Source: Chitinophagaceae bacterium
Lineage (GTDB): Bacteria; Bacteroidota; Bacteroidia; Chitinophagales; Chitinophagaceae
Direction of reading: 5' to 3'
NCBI GenBank assembly: GCA_016787105.1
Contig: JAEUVI010000341.1
Coordinates: 1-27,794 of the forward strand
Length of the DNA stretch: 27,794 bases
Shown here: one piece after another, positions 1 to 8,121 of the stretch
Layout of the letters: the number at the start of each line of letters is the position of its first letter
Numbering within the stretch: the first letter of the stretch is position 1
Notes under the pieces: generated by a model
The model's input: only the letters and a program-made list of their open reading frames with translations
Databases searched by the model: none
What the model was told of the DNA's origin: nothing
Position numbers and translations under genes: made by a program

Positions 1-825
1 AACAATGTTAGGGCTCAACAGTTTTACATCCTGCTTGATGCTGAGAATGGATTTTTCATTCATTTCATGGTGATCGAATTCCAGGAAACTCTTTAATGTA
101 CCGTCAGCTTGTTTTTCCGCACCCATGTACATGCACGATTCCATATGGTCGGCATAGGAAATGCCTTCCAGCCATTCTATTTTCAGGCTCAGCCCATCTT
201 CACTTTTTTTATTGGACAGAAGGAATGCCGATGCTCCGTCAGACAGCATCCAACGCAGAAACTCTTTATCAAAACTGATGTACGGATTTTCTTCCAGTTC
301 CATCAGTTTGTGTACTTCATCTTCAAATTGATTGGCCACAAGCGAAGCAGAAAAGCGCTCCGATCCGGTAGCAATTGCAGTTGCAGCATCACCGATTTTT
401 ACAGCCATATAGGCGTACTTCAGTGCATGCATACCAGCGCAACATACACCTGCCGGAGACACAACTTCTATTGATCCCAGTTCCGGTATCCATCCATGCA
501 CCATACATGCGTGCGATGGCATCATCTGGTCCGGTGATGATGTACCACAGGAGAGTACATCCACATTCTTCAAACCTTCTTTATCATTTTTGAATAGTGC
601 CTTTATCGCTTCGGCTGTGAGCTGTGCATTGGTATGGGTTGTTTTTCCTCCTTTTTCCAATGCGTAATAGCGATTGGTAATACCATTGTTGCGAAGCACT
701 ATCCGTCTTGATTTAGAGGGTTTGTCATTTATCATTCCCAGGTATTCCTCCATCTCATCATTAGACACAGGGCTGTTTGGGAAAAAATGAGAGGTTCGTG
801 TTATATAAACTTCGTTCAATGGCAT
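1..825 (-). CDS. darB: DarB-type beta-ketoacyl-ACP synthase III (dialkylcyclohexanedione/DAR-forming condensing enzyme); 3' end truncated by the window edge
   Basis: Not in the ORF track because it has no stop in the window. Manual translation from ATG at 825 gives MPLNEVYITRTSHFFPNSPVSNDEMEEYLG...LSCGTSSPDQMMPSHA...SPAGVCCAGMHALKY...EFLRWMLSDGA...KQDVKLLSPNIV, open to base 1. It has a KS-III type GVC(128)CAG motif and starts 4 nt after the darA stop. Confidence 0.9.
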   Translation of the reverse strand, partial: MPLNEVYITRTSHFFPNSPVSNDEMEEYLGMINDKPSKSRRIVLRNNGITNRYYALEKGGKTTHTNAQLTAEAIKALFKNDKEGLKNVDVLSCGTSSPDQMMPSHACMVHGWIPELGSIEVVSPAGVCCAGMHALKYAYMAVKIGDAATAIATGSERFSASLVANQFEDEVHKLMELEENPYISFDKEFLRWMLSDGASAFLLSNKKSEDGLSLKIEWLEGISYADHMESCMYMGAEKQADGTLKSFLEFDHHEMNEKSILSIKQDVKLLSPNIV

Positions 826-829
826 CTCT

Positions 830-1735
830 TTAAATTAGTTCAACTCCTGAATAATATTTTTTTTGTCTCGCGATTCTTCCTGATAAAAATGGCCTGAATA
901 AAACAGCATCTACCAGCAGTATAAGCGGAGCAGCTACACAAAGAGCAATTAAAAGATAATATTTGAATGCAACAAGCCAGCCGCTTCTTTTTTTCTTTTT
1001 TGTTATAATATTTGCCCAAATCTTAAAAATCTTACCCGCTTTCCGCTCTATAAACATCAGGTGGTATTTTACATCTACAGCTTTTTGCTCTACCAAACGC
1101 GGCTGCAAATTTATCCAATCTCCACTTAGCAAATGGTCTTTGACGGTGTTGCCGAATACCGGCACGTTTGCAATGTCTTCATCAGATACACCTGGCTTTG
1201 GAAAAATGCCCCATTTCCTGTCTTTACGCCCGGTAAGCATCCAGTAAAAAATGGTAACAAGGCTTGCATAGTTATTATGCCTGTCTACCAGGGCGATATT
1301 ACCCACTAGATTTGCACCTGATTGTTTCAATAACCGCTTGATTTTTTCCTGTGCATTTATCCACATGTTTCTGCAGCCACTGATTGTAACAATTGGTGTA
1401 TTTACCGCGATTGCTTTAAATGAAGGATGCTGAATAAATGAACTCATCGGTATACTTGGTGATAAAAACCAGGGTTGTATACCGAGAATTATGAGGTCGT
1501 ATTTATTTTCTTTCAGTTGAAATGCTTCCAGGTCAGCTGGTGTGCATTGCACACTTTCCGGCATGGCCTCGAAGAAAACTTTTGTTGTCCAGGGGAAAGG
1601 AAATTTTTTTACAGGCGATACCTGTACTTTTTCAACACTTATACCTGCTTCAATGAGAGGCTTCGTTAGGTTATCAACTATTTCGCCCAGCTGGCCCGAC
1701 TGCGTGAAATATACAGCCAAAACTTTTTTACTCAT
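830..1735 (-). CDS. darA: DarA dialkylresorcinol condensing enzyme/aromatase (flavodoxin-like N-terminus)
   Basis: Motifs VLAVYFTQSGQL, FPFPW, YDLIILGIQPWFLSPSIP and TISGCRNMW, plus a hydrophobic C-terminal helix; directly upstream of darB. Confidence 0.88.
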   Translation of the reverse strand: MSKKVLAVYFTQSGQLGEIVDNLTKPLIEAGISVEKVQVSPVKKFPFPWTTKVFFEAMPESVQCTPADLEAFQLKENKYDLIILGIQPWFLSPSIPMSSFIQHPSFKAIAVNTPIVTISGCRNMWINAQEKIKRLLKQSGANLVGNIALVDRHNNYASLVTIFYWMLTGRKDRKWGIFPKPGVSDEDIANVPVFGNTVKDHLLSGDWINLQPRLVEQKAVDVKYHLMFIERKAGKIFKIWANIITKKKKRSGWLVAFKYYLLIALCVAAPLILLVDAVLFRPFLSGRIARQKKYYSGVELI

Positions 1736-1748
1736 GCTTTGCTACAAA

Positions 1749-2255
1749 TTAAAAATCTTCGGGCCGGAGCACTTTTGAAGTTTTGCTATAGTTCGTTATA
1801 GCTTGCTGAACATCAACCGGCAGTTTTTTAAAAGATTGGCGAATATACGTACTGTCTTTATCCAAATCACTTTTATAGTGCAGTATACCGGGGGCGTGTT
1901 CCTGTATCATCAGCCTTAGAAAACGCAGCTCGCCATTGTCTTTGTCTTTTAAAATGGCCGCTTCCAGTTTTTTGTGCCCTTCTTTGAAAAATTTCAGCTT
2001 TTTATTCGCCCCTTTTACAAGTCCCGCTTTTTTCATGGTAAGTGCGCCTTCATAGGCTGATTTGTCCTTTAGGTCTGTGTTTTTCAAAGCGTTGAGCTGA
2101 TTATCAACAATGGCTACATCTGAGGAAGCCATTGCGACATATAATTCTTTACGGGTGAATTTTGGGGCACTTTCCTGTGCTGGTACGAGGGCTGGTAAAC
2201 ATAAAATGATGGCAATAACCAGGAGGGCAGCTTTGTAGGAGCGTTGTATTTTCAT
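1749..2255 (-). CDS. Secreted helical (TPR-like) hypothetical protein, first gene of the darAB unit
   Basis: ORF track start is 2306. The start at 2255 is preferred because MKIQRSYKAALLVIAIILCLPALVPA/Q is a clean signal peptide and a -7 promoter box lies between the two starts. Confidence 0.75.
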   Translation of the reverse strand: MKIQRSYKAALLVIAIILCLPALVPAQESAPKFTRKELYVAMASSDVAIVDNQLNALKNTDLKDKSAYEGALTMKKAGLVKGANKKLKFFKEGHKKLEAAILKDKDNGELRFLRLMIQEHAPGILHYKSDLDKDSTYIRQSFKKLPVDVQQAITNYSKTSKVLRPEDF

Positions 2256-2261
2256 GGGTCG

Positions 2262-2269
2262 CAAAGATA
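2262..2269 (-). promoter_or_regulatory. Bacteroidota sigma-A -7 element (TATCTTTG) for the hypothetical-darA-darB unit
   Basis: Plus-strand caaagata reads TATCTTTG on the minus strand, a perfect TAnnTTTG, 6 nt upstream of the ATG at 2255. No clear -33 TTTG seen. Confidence 0.6.
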
Positions 2270-2375
2270 TCCAAAAAAAACTTTTGAGAAACAGCTGGTT
2301 ATGCACAGTTTTTATTGTTTAAAACTGTGATTTAAAGTTATTTAGCAGGGAAAACGATATGAGTAGAACTATTCG

Positions 2376-2383
2376 CTTTATCT
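2376..2383 (+). promoter_or_regulatory. Putative -7 element (TATCTTCG) for the beta-barrel gene
   Basis: One mismatch to TAnnTTTG, about 30 nt upstream of the ATG at 2413. Confidence 0.4.
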
Positions 2384-2412
2384 TCGCATTTCAATTTAAA
2401 ATTGAACTATTT

Positions 2413-2958
2413 ATGAAGAATTCAAAGTTTTTGTGCCTGTCAGTTTTAGCAATAGCTATTAGTATTTCAGGGTTTAGCCAAAAACCTTATGATAAGGGAA
2501 TTGGCCTGCGATTTTCAAATACATATTATGATGTAGTTGCTGCTACATTCAAATTTTTTGTGAGTGATGCCGGTGCATTTGATCTCAATGCAGGTTTTGG
2601 TTTGAAGGGATATGCTTATGGTGTTGGTCCTGGCTATAATAAAGTAAGGCCATTTAACCTGGGTATTTCTGCGGCTTACCAGCATCATTTTGAAATACCG
2701 GTAAGAGGTGGTGGTTTTGCCTGGTTTATCGGTGGTGGTCTTGTTGGTTATCGCAGTTTTTCCAGCGAAGGGGATTATGATGGATTTGGTTTCGGTATAT
2801 TTCCAACAGGTGGTGTAGATTATAAAATTCCAAAAATTCCTTTGGCTGTATCTGCAGATTATCGGCCTACTTTTTTCCTGACAGCGCCGAATTATTATGA
2901 TTCATTTTACGGGCGCAATATTGGCGTATCTGCCCGTTATACTTTTGGCAAAAATTAA
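2413..2958 (+). CDS. Outer-membrane beta-barrel protein (small, about 8-stranded type)
   Basis: Preferred start MKNSKFLCLSVLAIAISISGFS/Q is a signal peptide (ORF track starts at 2359). Gly/aromatic-rich alternating strands and C-terminal GVSARYTF. Confidence 0.75.
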   Translation: MKNSKFLCLSVLAIAISISGFSQKPYDKGIGLRFSNTYYDVVAATFKFFVSDAGAFDLNAGFGLKGYAYGVGPGYNKVRPFNLGISAAYQHHFEIPVRGGGFAWFIGGGLVGYRSFSSEGDYDGFGFGIFPTGGVDYKIPKIPLAVSADYRPTFFLTAPNYYDSFYGRNIGVSARYTFGKN

Positions 2959-2980
2959 TTTTTACTGATATATTTATATA

Positions 2981-3020
2981 ATGCCCTCTCTGGTAACAAC
3001 CGGAGGGGGCATTTCTTACA
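2981..3020 (+). terminator. Rho-independent terminator after the beta-barrel gene
   Basis: atgccctctctggt-aaca-accggagggggcat forms a 14-bp stem with 2 G-U pairs (2981-3012), followed by ttcttaca. Confidence 0.7.
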
Positions 3021-3024
3021 TTTG
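3017..3024 (+). promoter_or_regulatory. -7 element (TACATTTG) for the main plus-strand operon
   Basis: Perfect TAnnTTTG, 26 nt before the ATG at 3051 and immediately after the terminator hairpin. Confidence 0.55.
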
Positions 3025-3050
3025 CAACAAGTTATTTTAGCCTTTTCTGC

Positions 3051-4244
3051 ATGCCTGACATTGAGATAATCCGGGAGAAGTTTAATTTATTTAAAGTATG
3101 CGTTATTATTCCGACCTACAATAATGCACAGACGCTTGCAGCAGTCATTCATGATGTGGCCGGGTATACCAGGAATATTATCGTAATAAACGACGGCTCA
3201 ACAGATGATACCGAACAGATACTTTCTTCATTCGATTTTATAAAAAAAATAAACTACAAGAAAAATAAGGGAAAAGGCTGGGCATTGCGGCAAGGCTTCA
3301 AGCTTGCTGAAGAATTAAAATATGATTACGCGATAACAATTGATTCAGACGGTCAGCATTTCGCGAAAGACCTTCCGTTGTTTATAGAAAAACTGGAAGG
3401 CGACAGAGATTCAATCTTTCTGGGTTCCCGTAACCTGAAGCAGGAAAATATGCCAGGTAAAAACAGTTTTGGAAATAAATTCTCCAATTTCTGGTTCACT
3501 GTAGAAACAGGGCTTACTATGCCGGATACACAAACCGGTTACCGTCTTTATCCATTGCACCTGATGAAAAATATGCGTTTCATTACCCGCAAATATGAAT
3601 TTGAAATAGAAGTATTGGTGCGTTCATCATGGAGAGGTATAAAAATTGATTCGGTACCCGTATCGGTTTATTATGCGCCTAAAGAAGAGAGGATAACACA
3701 TTTCCGGCCTTTTAAAGATTTCTTTCGCATCGGCGTGCTTAATACTGTTCTTGTACTGATTGCTTTTTTGTACATCAAGCCACGTGATTTTTTCCGGTCC
3801 CTTTTTCAAAAAAACTGGAAAGAATCGGTTAAGGAACATTTGATACACGCAGAGCAACCTGATACAGTAAAAGCAATTTCTGTTGGTTTTGGCATTTTTA
3901 TGGGCATCGTGCCTTTGTGGGGTTTTCAGTTGTTAATCGCTATTGCTTTATCCATCATTTTAAAATTGAACAAAGCACTTGTTATCATCGCTGCCAATAT
4001 CAGTGTACCGCCAATGATACCGTTGATTATTTTCCTGAGTTATAAAGTTGGCACTTTATGGCTGCCTGATACTTCCATTGCTATTCCATTCAGCAGCAAG
4101 ATCACATTGGAATCAATAAAAATTAACCTGCTTCAATATATTTATGGCAGTATCACATTGGCAGTTGTTGCCGGTCTTTTTTTCGGTGCGCTTACCTTTG
4201 CTTTGCTGAAATTTTTTAAAAGAAAAACAAGCCCGGTAGCCTGA
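3051..4244 (+). CDS. Family 2 glycosyltransferase with C-terminal DUF2062-like membrane domain
   Basis: GT-A (DPM-synthase-like) motifs VIIPTYNN, INDGSTD, NKGKG, TIDSDGQH, DTQTGYRLY and YEFEIEVL, followed by a hydrophobic tail (ISVGFGIFMGIVP...ANISVPPMIP). Confidence 0.9.
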   Translation: MPDIEIIREKFNLFKVCVIIPTYNNAQTLAAVIHDVAGYTRNIIVINDGSTDDTEQILSSFDFIKKINYKKNKGKGWALRQGFKLAEELKYDYAITIDSDGQHFAKDLPLFIEKLEGDRDSIFLGSRNLKQENMPGKNSFGNKFSNFWFTVETGLTMPDTQTGYRLYPLHLMKNMRFITRKYEFEIEVLVRSSWRGIKIDSVPVSVYYAPKEERITHFRPFKDFFRIGVLNTVLVLIAFLYIKPRDFFRSLFQKNWKESVKEHLIHAEQPDTVKAISVGFGIFMGIVPLWGFQLLIAIALSIILKLNKALVIIAANISVPPMIPLIIFLSYKVGTLWLPDTSIAIPFSSKITLESIKINLLQYIYGSITLAVVAGLFFGALTFALLKFFKRKTSPVA

Positions 4245-4254
4245 GGCGTGTATA

Positions 4255-7200
4255 ATGGAAAAGTTTTTCACTGGCATATACGATTACTTCAAGCGTCGCC
4301 ATATCGTTTTATATGCAGTGTTTTTTGTCAGCCTGCTTGCATTTGCATTTTTTGCATGGCAGGTGAAATTTATTGAAGATATTTCTGCCATTATTCCCAA
4401 AGACAAAAAGACAGAAAAGCTCAACCAGGTTTTTCAGAATTCGAAGTTTGCTGACAAGCTGATAGTTACTGTTTCGTTGAAAGATACTACTGTTGTAGAA
4501 CCGGATAGTTTGATAGCCTACGCGGACTCATTTGTTGCGCAATTGCAAAGCTCATCATCAGCGTTTGTAAAAAATATACGGTATAAGGTAGATGACGATG
4601 TTACAATGGAATTGTTCCAGGTAATACAGGAACATTTACCTGTATTCCTTTCTGAAAATGACTACCATTCGATTGATACGCTGATAGCCAAAGAAAAAAT
4701 TAAAGAACGACTGGAGCAGGATATAAGAATTTTAAGCTCTCCTTCAGGGTTGGCGTTAAAAAATATTATTACTAATGATCCGGTTGGAATTTCGTTTATC
4801 GCGTTGAAGAAACTGCAACAGCTGCAGTATGATAACAATTTTGAATTGTACGATAACTATATCGTAACTAAGGATAACAAGAATTTGTTATTGTTTATCA
4901 CACCTGTTTATCCGTCAAATAATACAGGGAAAAATATTGAATTCTTTCATTCTCTCGATTCGGTGATTAATAAATTGTCGGCTTCAGGCTTTAAAGATGT
5001 TGACGCTTCTTACTTTGGTGCTTCTGCGGTTTCTGCAGGCAATGCACAGCAACTCAGGAAAGACACATTGTATACACAAGGAATTACGGTTGTCTTTCTT
5101 GTTTTATTTATCGCTTTATTTTTTCGGAAAAAAAGAGCACCGTTTTTAATCCTGATACCTGTTGTGTATGGTGCCTTGTTTTCGCTGGCCGCGGTTTATT
5201 TTATCAAAGGTTCGTTATCTGTTATCGCATTGGCTACAGGTTCTGTTATTCTTGGTATCGCGATTAATTATTCCTTGCACGTTTTTAATCATTACCGTCA
5301 TGTGCCGGATATAAAGCAGGTGATTAAAGATTTGTCTTTTCCGTTAACAATCGGCAGCTTCACTACTATCGGTGGTTTTTTCTGCCTTGAATTTGTGAAA
5401 TCGGAAATGCTGCAGGATATCGGGTTGTTTGCAGGTTTCAGTCTTATAGGAGCTTCTTTATGTTCGCTGATTTTTTTACCACACTTTATTGAAACAAAAA
5501 AGCAAAACGCTCATCACAGTTCATGGATTGATAAAATAGCATCATTAAATCCTGAGCATAACAAATGGCTGGTTGGTTTGATAGCAGTATTAACTGTTGT
5601 TTTCTTTTTTTTCGCAGGCAAGGTTCGGTTCGAACCGGATATGATGCAAATGAACTACATGCCTGCAGACTTGAAAAAAGCGGAAAACAAGCTGAACAGG
5701 ATAACAGATTATTCATTGAAATCTGTCTATCTCGTTTCCGAAGGAAAAACACTGGATGAAGCATTGCAGAAAAGCGAAAAGTTGCTTACGGATATAGCGC
5801 TGTTGAAGGAGAAGAATGAAATTAAAAATTATAGCGGTGTTTCTTCCTTGTTGCTTTCCGATTCCCTGCAGCGACTGCGAATAGATAAATGGAATAAGTA
5901 CTGGGATGAATCAAAGAAGAAGGAATTGATTAATGGTTTACAAAAGGAAGGATCAGTTCTTGGTTTCCGCGCTTCAGCTTTTGATAATTTCAAAAATTTA
6001 TTGGATAAAAATTATGAACCAGCGGATAATAATTCACTGGAAGAGGTAAAAAAGAATTTTCTTGATGACTATATCACTGAGAAACCCGGGCAGGCTTCTG
6101 TTATTACAATGCTGAAAACATCTGCCGGAAGTAAGCAGTCCGTTATTGAAAAGTTTGATGATCGTGCTGATGTTACTGTGCTTGATCGCCAATACCTCAC
6201 GAGCCGTCTTACACAAATAGTAAATTCAGATTTCAATAGTATCGCATGGCTTACTTCTATATTGGTATTTGTTGTTTTGTTAATCACATTCGGACGTATT
6301 GAACTGGCTACGGTTGCTTTTTTACCTATGTTGATAAGCTGGATATGGATTCTCGGCATCATGGGAATTTTTGGTATTACATTTAATCTTATCAATATCA
6401 TCGTTTCAGCATTAATATTCGGCCTCGGCGACGATTATAGTTTGTTTATCATGGATGGGCTATTGCAAGAATATAAAACAGGCAAAAAGAATTTATCTTC
6501 TTATAAATCTTCAATTTTCCTTTCTGCAATAACAACTGTTGCCGGACTCGGGGTTTTGCTTTTTGCAAAGCATCCTGCTTTGCGTTCTATAGCATTTGTT
6601 TCTGTTACCGGTATTTTATGTGTTGTTCTAATGTCACAGGTATTAATACCATTTCTATTTTCATTATTGATAAAAAACAGGCTGAAGGAAAGCTATTTTC
6701 CCTGGACGGCATGGAGCTGGTGCAAATCAACTTTCTCTAATCTCTATTTTGCGTTGGGCAGTCTGTTGCTTACACCGATCGGTTTGGTGATGATAAAATT
6801 GAATCCCTTTAATAAGGAGAAAGGAAAATACCTGTTTCATAAACTGGTTTCAAAACTTTGCTGGTCGGTAATGTACATTATGCCCAATGTGAAGAAGCGG
6901 ATTGTAAACCCATTGAAAGAAGATTTTTCAAAACCGGCGATTATTATTTGCAATCACCAGTCCTCGCTGGATGTATTGCTCACAACAATGTTAAGCCCGA
7001 AAATTATTCTTGTTGTGAATAAAAGGGTTTGGAGTTCGCCGGTATTTGGCCCTGCTGTGCGTATGATTGATTTTTATCCGTTGCCGGAAGAAGGGGCAGA
7101 AGACAGCATTTCACTTCTTGCTGAACGGGTAAAGAAAGGATATTCAATTGTTATTTTTCCGGAAGGAACAAGAACTTCAGACGGACCAGTAAAGCGTTTT

Positions 7201-8121
7201 CATAAAGGGGCATTTTATATTGCTGAGAAATTGAATCTTGATATCCTTCCCATTGTTTTGCATGGAACTGGCTATACAAAATCAAAAGGGGATTTATTGT
7301 TAAAAGACGGAACTACGACAGTTCAGTTTCTGCCTCGCATTTCGCCTGATGATAAAAGCTTTGGAAATAATTACTCTGAACGGACAAAAGGTATTGTTCG
7401 GTATTTCCGCCAGCAGTATGAGAAAATAAGAAGCGAACAGGAAACGCCTGTTTATTTTAAGGAACAACTTATTCGTAATTATTTATACAAAGGCCCTGTG
7501 TTGGAGTGGTACATGCGTGTAAAGATCAGGTTGGAGGATTATTATAAAAAGTTTGATGAATTATTACCGAAAGAAGGAAAGTTGCTGGATATCGGTTGTG
7601 GCTATGGGTTCATGTCATATATGCTGAATTTTACCGGTCCGCAGCGGCAGATTACAGCATTGGATTATGACGAGGAGAAAATACTTACAGCACAACATTG
7701 CTTTAGTAAAAATGACAGGGTAAGTTTTTTGCATGCGGATGTTCTCGGCTTTCAATTCGAAACGTATGATGGTATTGTAATCAGCGATGTATTGCATTAC
7801 CTGCAACCGGATGATCAACGAACTGTTATAAACCGGTGTATAGAAAGCCTGCAGCCCAACGGCATATTAATAATACGGGATGGCGATGCAGATTTGGCAG
7901 AAAGACATAAAGGGACAAAGCTGACGGAATATTTTTCAACCCGTTTTTTTGGATTTAATAAAACAAATGAAAAAGGCCTGTCCTTTTTATCCGGGACGTT
8001 TATAAAAGACATTGCTATAGAAAACGGCCTTGCGTTTTATACAATTGACAATACAAAGCGTACTTCGAATATCATTTTTGTGATGAAAAAAGCTGGAACT
8101 TTACAACATGCAGCAGTATGA
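4255..8121 (+). CDS. MMPL/RND-type exporter fused to a PlsC-like acyltransferase and a class I SAM methyltransferase
   Basis: Two TM+periplasmic+5TM repeats (GIAINYSLH, GLGDDYSLF), then NHQSSLD (HX4D, H901/D906) and FPEGTRT, then LLDIGCGYG (D1112) and ISDVLHY. Confidence 0.9.
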   Translation: MEKFFTGIYDYFKRRHIVLYAVFFVSLLAFAFFAWQVKFIEDISAIIPKDKKTEKLNQVFQNSKFADKLIVTVSLKDTTVVEPDSLIAYADSFVAQLQSSSSAFVKNIRYKVDDDVTMELFQVIQEHLPVFLSENDYHSIDTLIAKEKIKERLEQDIRILSSPSGLALKNIITNDPVGISFIALKKLQQLQYDNNFELYDNYIVTKDNKNLLLFITPVYPSNNTGKNIEFFHSLDSVINKLSASGFKDVDASYFGASAVSAGNAQQLRKDTLYTQGITVVFLVLFIALFFRKKRAPFLILIPVVYGALFSLAAVYFIKGSLSVIALATGSVILGIAINYSLHVFNHYRHVPDIKQVIKDLSFPLTIGSFTTIGGFFCLEFVKSEMLQDIGLFAGFSLIGASLCSLIFLPHFIETKKQNAHHSSWIDKIASLNPEHNKWLVGLIAVLTVVFFFFAGKVRFEPDMMQMNYMPADLKKAENKLNRITDYSLKSVYLVSEGKTLDEALQKSEKLLTDIALLKEKNEIKNYSGVSSLLLSDSLQRLRIDKWNKYWDESKKKELINGLQKEGSVLGFRASAFDNFKNLLDKNYEPADNNSLEEVKKNFLDDYITEKPGQASVITMLKTSAGSKQSVIEKFDDRADVTVLDRQYLTSRLTQIVNSDFNSIAWLTSILVFVVLLITFGRIELATVAFLPMLISWIWILGIMGIFGITFNLINIIVSALIFGLGDDYSLFIMDGLLQEYKTGKKNLSSYKSSIFLSAITTVAGLGVLLFAKHPALRSIAFVSVTGILCVVLMSQVLIPFLFSLLIKNRLKESYFPWTAWSWCKSTFSNLYFALGSLLLTPIGLVMIKLNPFNKEKGKYLFHKLVSKLCWSVMYIMPNVKKRIVNPLKEDFSKPAIIICNHQSSLDVLLTTMLSPKIILVVNKRVWSSPVFGPAVRMIDFYPLPEEGAEDSISLLAERVKKGYSIVIFPEGTRTSDGPVKRFHKGAFYIAEKLNLDILPIVLHGTGYTKSKGDLLLKDGTTTVQFLPRISPDDKSFGNNYSERTKGIVRYFRQQYEKIRSEQETPVYFKEQLIRNYLYKGPVLEWYMRVKIRLEDYYKKFDELLPKEGKLLDIGCGYGFMSYMLNFTGPQRQITALDYDEEKILTAQHCFSKNDRVSFLHADVLGFQFETYDGIVISDVLHYLQPDDQRTVINRCIESLQPNGILIIRDGDADLAERHKGTKLTEYFSTRFFGFNKTNEKGLSFLSGTFIKDIAIENGLAFYTIDNTKRTSNIIFVMKKAGTLQHAAV

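Noticed and set aside
96-593. Plus-strand ORFs 96-278, 109-474 and 375-593
   Set aside because: Antisense shadows of darB, which occupies 1-825 on the minus strand with recognisable motifs.
2273-2280. A8 tract upstream of the dar-unit -7 box as a phase-variation switch
   Set aside because: Eight bases is short and common in AT-rich DNA, and no -33 box is visible whose spacing it would alter.
2256-2412. Longer ORF-track starts at 2306 (-) and 2359 (+); likewise 20610 and 24339 further on
   Set aside because: The extensions precede clean signal peptides, cover -7 promoter boxes, overlap the upstream gene or rely on a TTG start, so downstream ATGs fit better.
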